From Oikopleura dioica (lineage: Eukaryota > Animalia > Chordata): a DNA stretch of 64,000 bases. How positions within the stretch are numbered: the first letter of the stretch is position 1; each line of letters begins with the position of its first letter. Position numbers and translations under genes: made by a program. A model generated the notes under the pieces. It was not told the origin of the DNA, did no database searches, and saw only the letters and a list, made by a program, of their open reading frames with translations. Positions 1-11,664 of the stretch are shown here, piece after piece. The stretch lies in assembly GCA_907165135.1 (NCBI GenBank), contig OU015566.1, positions 7,688,001 through 7,752,000 on the forward strand, in the 5' to 3' direction.

Positions 1-17
1 CGATTAACTTGTATATT

Positions 18-341
18 TTATACATCAAACTGATCTGACATCTCGTTGATCTTAACTTGTTGCTCCTCAACTATTTTCTTCAAACTTGTATTTTCATCCT
101 CAATTGCTATGAATCTTTTTGCGAGCTTATCAATTTCATGCTTCATTTCGTATGTGATCTTCATTGATTCAAGACGCGCGTCGATCATCGCGCTTACATC
201 TACCCTGTTAAGACCTAATGAAGGATAAGTTAGCTTTAAATGACTGTAGCAGCACCACAAACCATTTTGAGGTTGGTCGGTTGTGAATGAACTGATTTCA
301 GAAAATTCAATACTTGATATAGACGGAAGATCGTCAGCCAT
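18..341 (-). CDS. Small uncharacterised coiled-coil protein (~91-107 aa)
   Basis: ATG at 341. A probable in-frame 48-nt GT-AG intron (gtttgtgg...ttcattag) lies inside the ORF. The C-terminal half (MKHEIDKLAKRFIAIEDENTSLKKIVEEQQVKINEM) has heptad character. Confidence 0.55.
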   Translation of the reverse strand: MADDLPSISSIEFSEISSFTTDQPQNGLWCCYSHLKLTYPSLGLNRVDVSAMIDARLESMKITYEMKHEIDKLAKRFIAIEDENTSLKKIVEEQQVKINEMSDQFDV

Positions 342-795
342 TTTCTCTCTTTACAAAAAACTACTCGACGCGCCTGGGAGCCACAGTACGCGAGAATCTG
401 TTTTTTTTATTTGATTTTTGGCTGAATACTACTGTTACGAGGTTTTGAGTCATAAAATCAAGAGTGAACGAACAAATTAAGAATACAAAGGAAAGTATTA
501 TAATCTTTCAGTAATAGATAAGCAGAAAAATCATCAATCCTGATTCAGAATAATTTCATGAAATACCAATCATTCGATACATATCGATTGAAGAAAATAA
601 CATTGTTGAAGTGTTTTATGTAGAAATCACATTTTATTCGAAGTGCATAAAAATCAATATTGAAATGATCGGTTTCTCTTAATTTATGATTAATAATAAG
701 ATGGTCTACCCAGAAAATGTAGACGTAGCATCTCCAGATATTTATAAAATTATTGTCTAATAAACATTCCCACAAGTTGCATTACACTTGCAGAT

Positions 796-805
796 GTCAC
801 GTGAC
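796..805. promoter_or_regulatory. Perfect GTCACGTGAC palindrome (extended E-box; CLEAR/USF/MiT-TFE-type site)
   Basis: The exact 10-mer sits within the 12-bp palindrome tgtcacgtgaca, about 455 bp upstream of the minus-strand ATG at 341. Function is inferred only. Confidence 0.3.
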
Positions 806-2036
806 AATGACATAAGTTCCAGAAGTTAACGGCGACTCTGGGCAAGATAGAAAAATGTGTATCAACTCTCTAAATAATAAATCTCTTGTTTCGTTCTATT
901 CTATGCTTCTGATAAGATGCCGGAGTTCTCTGAAACTTGGACAATAGCCACGTGGAGAAGCTTTCATGAGATCATGTCTTTTATCGTGGTTGTCATTCAC
1001 TGATTCGTTTTTATGTCTGGCTTTTTAGATTATGAGAATTTTCAATAACTCTTGATAGATTTTTTATGGACATTTGTAATCAAAACGAAGTTATCAGCCG
1101 CAAACTCATCTTAAGTACTCAAGATTTTATTGTCAAGATTTCTGCTATGCTTGAACCACTTCATTTTTCGTTATTTACAAACTGATTATTCAACTATATT
1201 TAGTAGTCCATATATTTCCTTATTGAGAATATATCATTGTGTAATGCTGAATAGACTATGAATTCTATCCTTTCAAGTCGATTTAAATCAGACTAGACGC
1301 CCCAAGAATACAGGCTTATTTCTCTATCCCTTCTCTGATTTCCCTCTCAAACCGGCTTCTTAGACCCCCTTGTTCTCTTGCTGCTAATAAAATTACATCT
1401 GGAAAACTCTGTTTTTCGCCATGATAGGATTCGACCCTATCGTATCCGTACAAACATCAAATTGCAAAGTTTACCCAAAACAGTCTTTAAGTTCAAGGAA
1501 AAAATCCAACAGAAAGCAGTTAGACGAAGTTTATTTCTGATGAAAAAGTTTCTAGCCCCTTTATTTGGACAGGTTTGATTTGAAACAACTCCCAGAAAAA
1601 ATAAAATTTGAACGTTTTTCTTCAATTTTGCATCTTGCTCTTGAGATGTAGCGAGGAATATCCAAGTGGCTACTTAGGAAGGCTAACTGGTCGGATTCTT
1701 TTCATTAATATGGATTTTTCTGGATACCGCCGAGGAGCCGTAAGAATACGTGTTCGTTGCGCGACAAAGTGCTCGCCGTCAGCTTCAGGTGCATTAATTC
1801 AGACCAGCTAAGTAATTTCCGTAATTGCTCCTCTAATTCACACTTGACAGTGTCAACACTCAAATGCCTCAAGATGGGAAGGATTCAAGACGACTTCAAG
1901 TCCGGATCAAGAAGAAAGTCGAAGCAGATTGCGTCAAATAAACGACTCTGGCCTTTAGAAACAGGATTGATATTTACAAAAATTGAGCAAGAGCAATATT
2001 TCACTCTGAAATTGATCATTTTATTTCGAAATAATT

Positions 2037-3717
2037 ATGATAATTAGATTTTTACTTCTTCTTGATATTATTCAAGGATTGACCTCCAATTTCGCGCTGA
2101 ATATCAGAGAATGCCCGTAGATACAATTGATGTGGGTTGCTTTTGCTAATATTGAAATTTATAGAGACAAAGATCTTGGAGAAGCATGTGCTGCGCAATG
2201 CCGGCTCGAGTATGTTAGCTGCCGATTGGGGTGTTCCGACTCTTTTTGCGACACAGAATGCTTGAATGCTTATTCAGGTTGATTAAAAGTTTTTGTGCAT
2301 GGTTCAAATTCAGGAAAATCAGCATGTGTTGACACTTGTCCTTGCTACCATGACTGTCCTTCTGGATGTGAGGATTGTTGGCACCCTATTTGCCAGTGTA
2401 AAGACCCTGAAACAACGAGTCCAATTTATCGGCAATGCAAAAGTGAAGCACAGACTGGCTTGAATCTATGTATGAATGACTGCCAGACCAATTCAACATG
2501 CTTCGATTCTTGTCATGAAACCTTCAAAAGAAATTTTAACCGGTGCCCATGTATGTCAGGCTGCCCGAATGGATGTCCATGTTCCAATGGTTATGTTTGC
2601 GAACGCTTTTTTACTGTTATTTGCCAAAATCGTAATGATTTGACATTGAATTACATCGTCTCCGGTAGTGGTCATTTCAAGGAAAGTGTCTTTAAAATAG
2701 AAAAGCATAAATTTGCTTTAGGAAAATCGGTACTACTCGATTCCCGAAAGTAGGGACGAATTTTATCAATATCTTGATATCGTCGGTTCTGCAGCGCTAA
2801 ATGGAGAGATTTATATTTTTGGTGGAAATGAAGATAGATATAAAGTACTTTCAAATTCGTATCCTAATCAAAGCTATTTTTGAAGATTTCTCGAGTACAA
2901 GACTGCGGTATTGTTGAGTTGGCTGCAAGACTGGTAACTGAGTGGAATCATCATTATGGAGGCATCGTTACTGTGCCTTCTTCCCCTGACGAAATTCTTT
3001 TATGCTTTGGAGACGAAAACGATATCACGACTTGCGAAGAGTTCGATGGGGAGGCCGTTAGAAAAAATCCATTTAGTCTGAGACACAATCATATTGCCGG
3101 ATGCTTAGGTAAGTTTTTGAAATATGAATTGTGCGTTTTCGGGTCCCTTCCAATAACATTTATAGCCACATTCGACAGCTTTGCGATCGCCATATCAGGA
3201 AACTTCGATAGAAAAGTAGAGGTCTTGGGACTTGGTGGATGGCGTGATGAAAGCGATCATCCGAGAGCATCCCAAGCGCTTGGTTGCTTGTCTGTCGGAA
3301 GAGGAACTATAACTATTGGAGGATACGACGTTGACGGCGGAACTACAAATGAGGTTTTCCATTTCAATAATGGTGTTTGGTCAAATGCTGGATTTTTGAT
3401 TGAGGTGAGATTTAAGAAAAAATGCTCTTTCCAATTCCAATGATTCTTTCAGCCATCCTTTCATTCGACAAGCCTATTCTTTGATTCATATTTTGTTTCT
3501 TTTGGAAGAGGACCATCGTAAGTGATTGCTATTAAATGTCTTTATTCATCATATTTTTAGATTCAATGTTGCCGAGCGTGCCCAATGGAATGGAACATTT
3601 GTAACTTCTTCAGAAATAATCTCAACTGACTCAGAAGACTGCGACTATCCGATTGTTTTCGAGAGTGCTCCAGACGCGTGTAGTCAATCCTGTGATCAAT
3701 TTTGTTTTCCACAGTAA
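2037..3717 (+). CDS. Secreted Cys-rich repeat + Kelch/beta-propeller-like protein (Oikopleura-type expanded family), multi-exon
   Basis: Signal peptide MIIRFLLLLDIIQGLTS from ATG 2037. Spliced exons give ECPDKDLGEACAAQC...CPCYHDCPSGCEDC...CPCMSGCPNGCPC, then Kelch-like blades (NGEIYIFGG, ITIGGY, VWSNAG). Introns are short GT-AG apart from one GA-AG (2682-2721). Confidence 0.8.
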
Positions 3718-5036
3718 AAAACTTATAGCTTATGAATAAATAGCCTAGATAAAAATTGGGAATTAATGCTTAAAATTTTCATAAATCCTCTAATAGAAAG
3801 GTTCGCATAAAAAGGCAATAATCGGTATAAGCTATATGCTCCAACAGAAACCAATTTCGGGAAGCCTGTGGCGGATCAGACAGGATGATCTCCTATTCTT
3901 TAGGGAGAAGAAAAACACTACTTCTAGGAAAGAAATTTTTCTTCAAGAAAACAACATTAACGAAGAGCATTATATTTTTCCCGAAATCTAAAAAAATCTT
4001 TATCGCGGCGCAACGTGTTATCATGGCATTTTGACGCGGCACTTTGGAAAGTTTTTTCTTCCAAATTTTTGGCCCAAGTGCTAGAAAAATCAAACCGTAA
4101 AGATGTGTCAAAATAGACGCCCCTTATATTTTACAAAAATATAGCGCTTATCTTTTTCAAACAAAAAATGTCAGTAAAAAGGACTTTATAATTTCATTTG
4201 TATTCTTGATCCTCTGTAATCGCCACTGACAAGCGATCTGCATGTCTACTTCTTGAACTCTTATGAAATGAACATGCCCTGCATACGTTTTTATTTTAAT
4301 TAAAAATTCATCTTACAAGAACGGTGAAATAATATTTAAAAAAGGTGATGCCCTGGATGTATTTTGACCTAAGCCGCTATTTTGTTTCAATGAAAACGAC
4401 TCAATTAAGTTTATACTAAACAAAAGATTAACATCCTTCCATTCAACTAAAGTAGCTTTAGTAAATGCCACATAAAAGAATTTTTCTGTTAATTGACAAT
4501 CATCGGCTAATTAATAATTTTGAAAAAAAGAAAGATTTCATTTTTTCTGCATTTCGAGTTCGGTTGAGTTTTCTGCTCTGAATAAGAAATTACTTGCTAG
4601 TAGATTGAGGTTTCTGTTTAAATATGGATTATTTGATACGTCGCAATCAAGTTTTTATGATGAAAATTAAATGAAAAACATCATCGCAAAGAAAAAATGC
4701 ATTATTACGAAACACCCAAAATTAGGCAATTCAAAACTCAGCGAAAGCCGGTTTTTTCGTGAAATCTCCGACTCCCGGAGTCCTGGCGCTGCCGAGTCGT
4801 TGCGCGGCGCAGCGCTCCACCGCCACCTCGATCTCCACCGTTTTCGCTAATTTATATTGTCGTGAAAAATTTTACGATTCAAATTCGTAAATCCCCCCAA
4901 ACGTCAATTTTTCGCCTTTTCTCCGGCAGCTAACGATAAGTTTCCTGGAGTATTTTTTTCATTTTTTGAGAAGTCAAAAGTCAACAGATCTTTTACCATC
5001 TTCATAAACTACAGTGTGTTACAGTAGATCGAAACA

Positions 5037-8000
5037 ATGAAGGTATTCAACAGCATTGTCGCGGTCACCTTGGCTCAGAGAACTTTCCAAACCGAAGAAA
5101 CTCAACTCGGTGCAAGGTAAATTCTGGCCATAACTTATGGGCCATAAGTTATAAAAAATGATCAAAATAAGGGGTACCCCTAGTATTTTTTCTTAATAAT
5201 CCGATATCCTTAAACTAAGAATATTGATTTTGACTCAAAAATGTTCCAGTTTAGACAAGACCTAAACTCATCCAGTAATTTAAGAAAGACGATATCATCT
5301 TCCAACCCCTTAAACTGTATTAACATTGATCGAATAATAAAATAGGGATAAGTTAAATCTTTATAAATATTTGTCCGATGAGCCTGATTATCTAGCGACG
5401 TAATTTATATTCACATTGATTCAAGCAATTCCGGAATAATGCCCGATTATACCGGCGAAAAGTGAAACACAATCCTTAGTGTTCAAAATTGTCAAAAGTC
5501 TGACACAAGTCTGACCTGAGACTAAAATATTTTCTGGAAGTTACTTTGGAAGCGAATTCTTATTTCAATACCTCTCAAATGTACTAGTTGATCCTCATTG
5601 TATCCGTATCTCTGCTTTTTTGTAGAAATAATTGGATAAAAAGTTATCGCGTCAAGTTTATCATTCAATAATCCCATTAAAAAGTGGTTTTACTCTTGAC
5701 TTAAATCTGTGATGAGTTAACCGCTAGATTCAGCTATAAACATGCTTTCAAAACTAGCATTTCCCCTTTAGATTCTAAGTTTTAGATTCGGTAACGGCAA
5801 AATATCAATTAGCGAAAAAGAAACTCACACTATTAATTTCGTTTTTAGACGATACAACGATTTGTTGAAGATGGTGAAGAACTACAATCCTGACTTTGAC
5901 GAGCGAAAATATTGGGCTTACGGTTGCCAGTGCCTCATTCTCGGTAAGAAAGTAGTCAAATCTACAGTTTTGCCAAGAATTTGCTTGTCTAGTCGACAAT
6001 TTTTGATTTTAACATGAGCATTTTGCGAGTCATATTTCTCAAAAGCTACTGTCGTTACAGTTGAAAAACATTAATTATCCGCATTCTGGGTCATTTTAAT
6101 AAAAGGCAAATTGGCCTTGTGCCATAATAAAAACCGCAAATGCCTGTTACAGGGAAATCCTGGCAGATCTTGAAAAAGAGGACCGTCAGTTACTAGTGGT
6201 TTGTTCTACCGGTCTTTCAAATGCTTGAATCAAAAAGTAACATGAAGGGAGGATTAAGGTAGAAGAGGATTAGGTGATCGAGATTTTCATGTCAAAAACA
6301 AGCTTATTTTTGATTGAAAAAGATCAGTTATATTTTTGTTTAACACGATTTCTGATCAAAAAGTTACGTTTGGTGATCCCCTTAGTTGTCATTCAGCTTA
6401 TTTTGGTAATCACAAGTATGATTTTATTAAGCTTAACTCGGGCTCAAGTCTAGGCGGGTCCACATTATTTTGTTTAACTTCGCCAAATTGATGATACAAA
6501 CACCAATCGTCAAAATTAATTGAATGCGCTCACAGTTCCTTTTTTCACGACGTCTTTTTTGCGAAGCATTGATGGTCACTTCCAATCAAACCAATAACAT
6601 ATCAAATCTAGCGATATTCAAACAGGCAACATGTTCTCATGTTTTGTTGTTTTGATGATAATTGACGGAACTAGGGTTCTAAGCTTCACGTCCTAAGGGG
6701 CCGTAATTGATTAACAACTCAATCAAACATTGAATCAGAAAATAGCTTCATTTTGACATTGATGAAGAGAATTCTCTAAACGAGCATAAATTAATGTAAG
6801 ATAAATTAAAGTGGTGTTACCATATTTATTGCTAAAGAAAAAACTGCTTGAATAACAAATTCAACAAATTACCGTTTATTATGTACAATTCGAATCTATG
6901 TATCATCCGCCACGAAAAATGAATGTTGCTCATTTCGATTCCTTGCAAAAATATGACACGCTGCTAAACCTCTCAATTACCATTCAATAATTCTATAATG
7001 AAACCCATCGTAGGAAATCTCCAGTAACACCAGTCTTGGCCGGCGCATTTTTCCCTGAAGCCGGCCACCGTTATTATGCAACTTTTTCCTTCACGTGTTA
7101 TCTAGGTCACACCTGCAGAATGAGGAATCGTTTATTTAGTCTCCACGCTACTTTTTTTTCGATAGAGTTTTAAAAAAGCAAATTTCAGGCGATCGGCCGA
7201 TGAGCGAAATGGGACACGGAAAACCAATCGACCAGCTAGACGTTTCTTGCCACAAATACAAACAGTGCCAGAAGTGTGTTCGAAAGGAGTTCGGATCTGT
7301 AAGTACCGCCATCGGCGACCGACTGTAGTACTCGAGCTTTGGTTGGATTGTGCAAACATAATCCAGTTTATTCCACGGACAGGGCGATTGATGATTTTTT
7401 GGAAATAAATGTAGATCCGTCAAGTTAAAAATTAAGTCTATTTCGCCTAAGACTTTTGCGATCGCATGTATTTTCGACGAGAATAGCCAATAAATACTCA
7501 TTATCCAAGAAGATGCACACCTTGGATTTATAAGAAGCTGACTGGACACAGCGCTAAATTAAGCTCATTACGGAGGGTCGAAACGTGAATGTTATTATAA
7601 ATACTCTTCTCGCATTTATCTTTTAAAAATTCTGAAATTTGCTACAACTTAACTTTCAGCGAAAACGCCCGGGCATGGGTCAACTCGATTTCGCGTAATA
7701 GCAACCACGTTGTTTAGACGATTTTGTTATACTAAATCAAGTGATTCCTGTTGAAGACACAGTGCCACTTGAGAACAATTTATTTTAACACTGGGCTGGA
7801 TTAAAATGAAATCAGCTTCGTTTTCAAGTATCGCGACAAAGCAAGTTTTTTTCTGGCTAAGATCCAAAATATTAAATCTTGAAAAAGCAAAATTGTAAAT
7901 GTTAAGTAGAGACCGTCTGTCTTAGACTGTATGATGCCGCATCTGTAATTTCACAAGCCTTTATTTTATAAGAAAAACTTGAGAAAATATTTCGCGAATA

Positions 8001-8953
8001 CTTTGCGGCTTTGGTTTTTTATTAGAAAAGAAAGCGCAAATTCCGGAGGTTTTATTTCTTCTACTTTTTGGGTTGTCGATTTATTTTTTACTTATCCATT
8101 TATGACCTCGCGCGTACTCATTTTACACCTTCGCCGAAAAAAGTACGGAACGTGTAATAAGGGGTATTTTGACACCGTTACGGGACTAAATGAGATCGTT
8201 TAGGAGTGCATTGGCGAGTTCGTCAAGTATAGCTGGGGAACCAGACGAAGAGAGGCCTACTGCGAGGATGCTGTTGGAACTTGCGCTAGAGCTCTTTGCG
8301 AGTGCGACTTGGACTTTTCCAAGAAGGTAAGAAATATTGATCTTTACAGATTTCCTTGTCTCTGGGAGCGATTCCTCGGGGCTTTACTTACTCGTTAGAT
8401 GTGTATCAGCAAGCTTTGTTATTGCCCCCGTTGACAGGTTGAGGTTCCGATACACTTCTACTCTTCATCAGAAACCCCTACACGAAATAACAACAGTATC
8501 TAACAAGTGAACATTTTAGCTCACTCCGGAGTTGGTGAGCGTCTTTGATCCTGAGTATCACTTGTTCTACACAACTACCGGATGGAATCCTGAGGAGAGC
8601 TGCGAGAAGGGAAACGGAGTTTCAAGGAGCGGGTCATAACAATTTTCGACGTGTTTGGGCAACATAGAAATCAGTGTTAAAAATAGACTTGACTTATGTT
8701 TTGGGAGAAATTTGCAAGTTCGTAATCACACTCCGTTAGGTTTGAATGATAATTAATAATCATCATTGGGTTGATTCGAGTTCCCATCCTCATTTTGCAG
8801 AGGATAGAAAGTCATACTTGCTAGGTTAACGTTTTAACCCGTCACAGACCAGAATGCTGCGGCCCCGACGACGGACCAAAATACATCTACAATTCCTTGT
8901 CAAAACAGTGCTGTGCGGATTACTCGATCAAGAAAACGTGCCCAGCCTATTAG
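5037..8953 (+). CDS. Secreted phospholipase A2-like protein, predicted catalytically inactive; 6 exons
   Basis: Exons near 5037-5116, 5848-5944, 7188-7298, 8204-8326, 8520-8632 and 8849-8953, joined by canonical GT-AG introns. Translation includes MKVFNSIVAVTLA, YWAYGCQC, GHGKPIDQLDVSCHKYKQCQKC, CARALCECD and PECCGP...KQCC, which is the sPLA2 cysteine scaffold. Confidence 0.85.
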
Positions 8954-9061
8954 GCAGCTAGAGTTTGGTAAGACCCAGCTGATAATAGGCGTGCTGCCTT
9001 GCATAGGTAACAATCTAGACAAAAATAACAACAAAAAAGATATGCTTGACATATTGCTTTT

Positions 9062-11062
9062 TTAATTTTTTTGCTCCTCTTCATCATTGCCACAAAAGAA
9101 ACCTTTATATTTAATATGCTCTGCACGGGTACGGATTGTAAGAATGCCGGCCACCAATCTTTCTGTATATACTGAACGTGAACAACTGTTTGATACGTCA
9201 AATGAATAAATGTTTAAAAATATGTGAACTTCATGACTTATTTTATTTTCGTTTAAACAGACCAAAGAGTCCTTGTTTCTCATTTGCTCGTTCCTTAAAA
9301 ATAACTCTATCTTCATAATGAATGAAATGAACAAATTACCTGGTTTACTTTTCGCTCTTTTTCATACATCTCAAGATACAAATTTGCAGATTGCTCAGCC
9401 CTCGCTATTTGATTTTTCAGTTCTTTAATTTCGCTGTCTTTGTCTAAAGATGCAGGATAAGACGGTTCCTCCACATCAGTCTGTGAATATTTGTCGAACG
9501 TTCTTAAGGCATTGTTTTTTGTATCGTTAGGCTTGTCAAAAGATCTGATTTGGTTTTCAAGAGCGATGATATCAGCTTTCAATGCACTATTCTCTCTGTT
9601 TATCGTCTCAAGAAATTCAGATGAGAGATCATTTTTGGTCTTAAGAGCGCTCTCCAAGTCAGCTATTTTGGAATCGTATGACTGTTTGATCTTCTCCTCA
9701 GTCCTCTTTTCGATTTCTTTTCGTGCACTTTTTTGCTGCTGACGCTGAGTAGTAACCACTCGGTTTAATCGAGTGATCTCGCTTTGAAGTTTCTCAATTT
9801 CCGTATTTGTCTCTTTCTTGGTTTCTTCTTCTTTACCAAAAGTCAGAGAATCAATCACTTTGGTTTTGCAAGATTTACAGTTATTTGTATCATCTCCTAT
9901 TAAAATTCAGAACGAAAAGTTCAATAATCTAAAGGTTTTAAATCTACAAATTATTGTGAATTTTTCCTTGACAGAAGAGCTCGCTCAAATGGTCATAGTG
10001 ACTCTGAAGTGTGCTGAGCTTCGTTTGCTGCTCGGTAAACTCGGCGGTCAAGCTAACCTTAGATGCAGCAAGAACATCAAGTGCTTTCTTTGAATTCTCA
10101 ACGTCTTTTTCAGTTGCTCCGAGATTTTCTTGTGTTGAGCGATAGATTGTTTCAAGTTTTTGGCCTCTGCTTCCATATTTTTGATACGATTAGCTTGTTT
10201 CTTCGAAGCCGCTTCTAGTTTCTTATTTTTGTCGAGATTTTCGTTGATTGACTTCAGATTAAGTTTTTCATCATCTTTTATTTTTCTGTTGGAAGAATTG
10301 AGGTCGCGTTAGAGTTTTCCAATTTTCGAATTTAAATCAGTTATTGTCTTCTTCAAATTATCATTTTGAATTGCCAAATCATGATTTTGCTCACCACCCA
10401 TATGATTATGATACTGAAGTTGTTGAAGTTGTGATGATTTTTGATCGATTGTTAACTGTAGTTGACGCATTGTTTCCTGATTCCGAACTAAGCTTTGATT
10501 GAGTTCTTTCTTTTCCGCAAGTGTTTTTGTGTGCTTTTCTGTTAGGTGAGAATAGTTTTTCTTGGTCGCTTCATGTTTCTTTTTTATCTCTTCGAAATTC
10601 TTTAGTAAACTCTGAAAGCAAGCTGAATGCCTTCCAAATTCAGGCAGTTCCATTTTCACATTGCATCTTTCGCAAGTTTTCATATTCAGGTGAACGCATG
10701 TTTCTTTATGTTTCTTGAAGTAACTATAAAGAAACTTTTCGTTACATTCTGCAGCGGGGCAATTCAAAGTTATTGTACTCAAGACGGAAACCATTAGTCT
10801 TGAAGGTTTTGCTGTAAAGTTCAGAGCACGGCAAAGAGGGCATGATGGAAATTTGCCTTTCACATCTTCGAAGCAAACTTTACAAAGATGTCCATCACAA
10901 CAATCGAGTTTCAATGGGTCCTTGAAATGTGATCAAAACTTAGGTCAATAGAAGAAAACTAACCTCAAATATCGCGCAGCAAATCGAGCAGAAGATCTCA
11001 TCTTTGAGTGTCTGAATGATATCCCCTCCTTGCGAGGTATCAACTTCTGCGTCTATTCCCAT
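9062..11062 (-). CDS. RING-finger E3 ligase-like protein: RING + TRAF/C2HC-type zinc fingers + long coiled coil
   Basis: Exon 1 from ATG 11062 (MGIDAEVD...CSICCAIFE) splices to DPLKLDCCDGHLCKVC...CPLCR, followed by CPAAEC...HKETC and CERC...HSAC and then coiled-coil exons (10309-10914, ~9970-10285, 9313-9858). The 3' end is approximate. There is an apparent frameshift at T-run 10106-10110. Confidence 0.8.
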
Positions 11063-11664
11063 TCAGTATCTCTTGTCGACTAATCTCGTTCGATTAATGC
11101 ATGTTTTACCCGTGTGATGCAGCAGACTAATTTTTGGTCAAATATTTGAAGAGCGCACCTCTGACGTCTCAGCAGTCAGGAAATAGAGCCCTGCTCATCA
11201 AAACACAGTCCGCTATTTATTTCAGTTATTCCTTAGGATTATCTCACTACCATTTTACGACGACCCTAATATACGCAATACTTATTCATCACTGATTTAA
11301 GATCATATGAATTTTCGTGCCGCAGGCACTTCTTGTGGAGTCACAGTACAAGTACTTATGAGTCAAGCTGACTCTTGGTAAGAAGAGAACTAATCTGCTA
11401 ACGCAAATTGCTATCCTAAGAGGTTTTTTACCAAAATGAGAAAATAATATTGAATTTTTAATTATTTATTGACGAGTGATAATAATATACAGCGAGGACG
11501 ATGAGTTCCAAATACATATTTTTCCTTTCGACTATAAGAAGTAGCTCTGAGGGAGTAACACTTTTGAGGTAATTGAGCATGTCATGGAAGGTGTCAAAAT
11601 TACAGCATGTTCAGAGTGAGGCAAAGCTGGAGCGGCATTTTTGAGCGTTTTGTGTTTTCTTTAT

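Noticed and set aside
4095-8182. Related ~30-bp sequences at ~4095-4127 and ~8157-8182 in inverted orientation, as TIRs of a large element
   Set aside because: The match is gapped, there is no TSD, and the span would include PLA2-like exons 1-3. Two independent fragments of a dispersed repeat are more likely.
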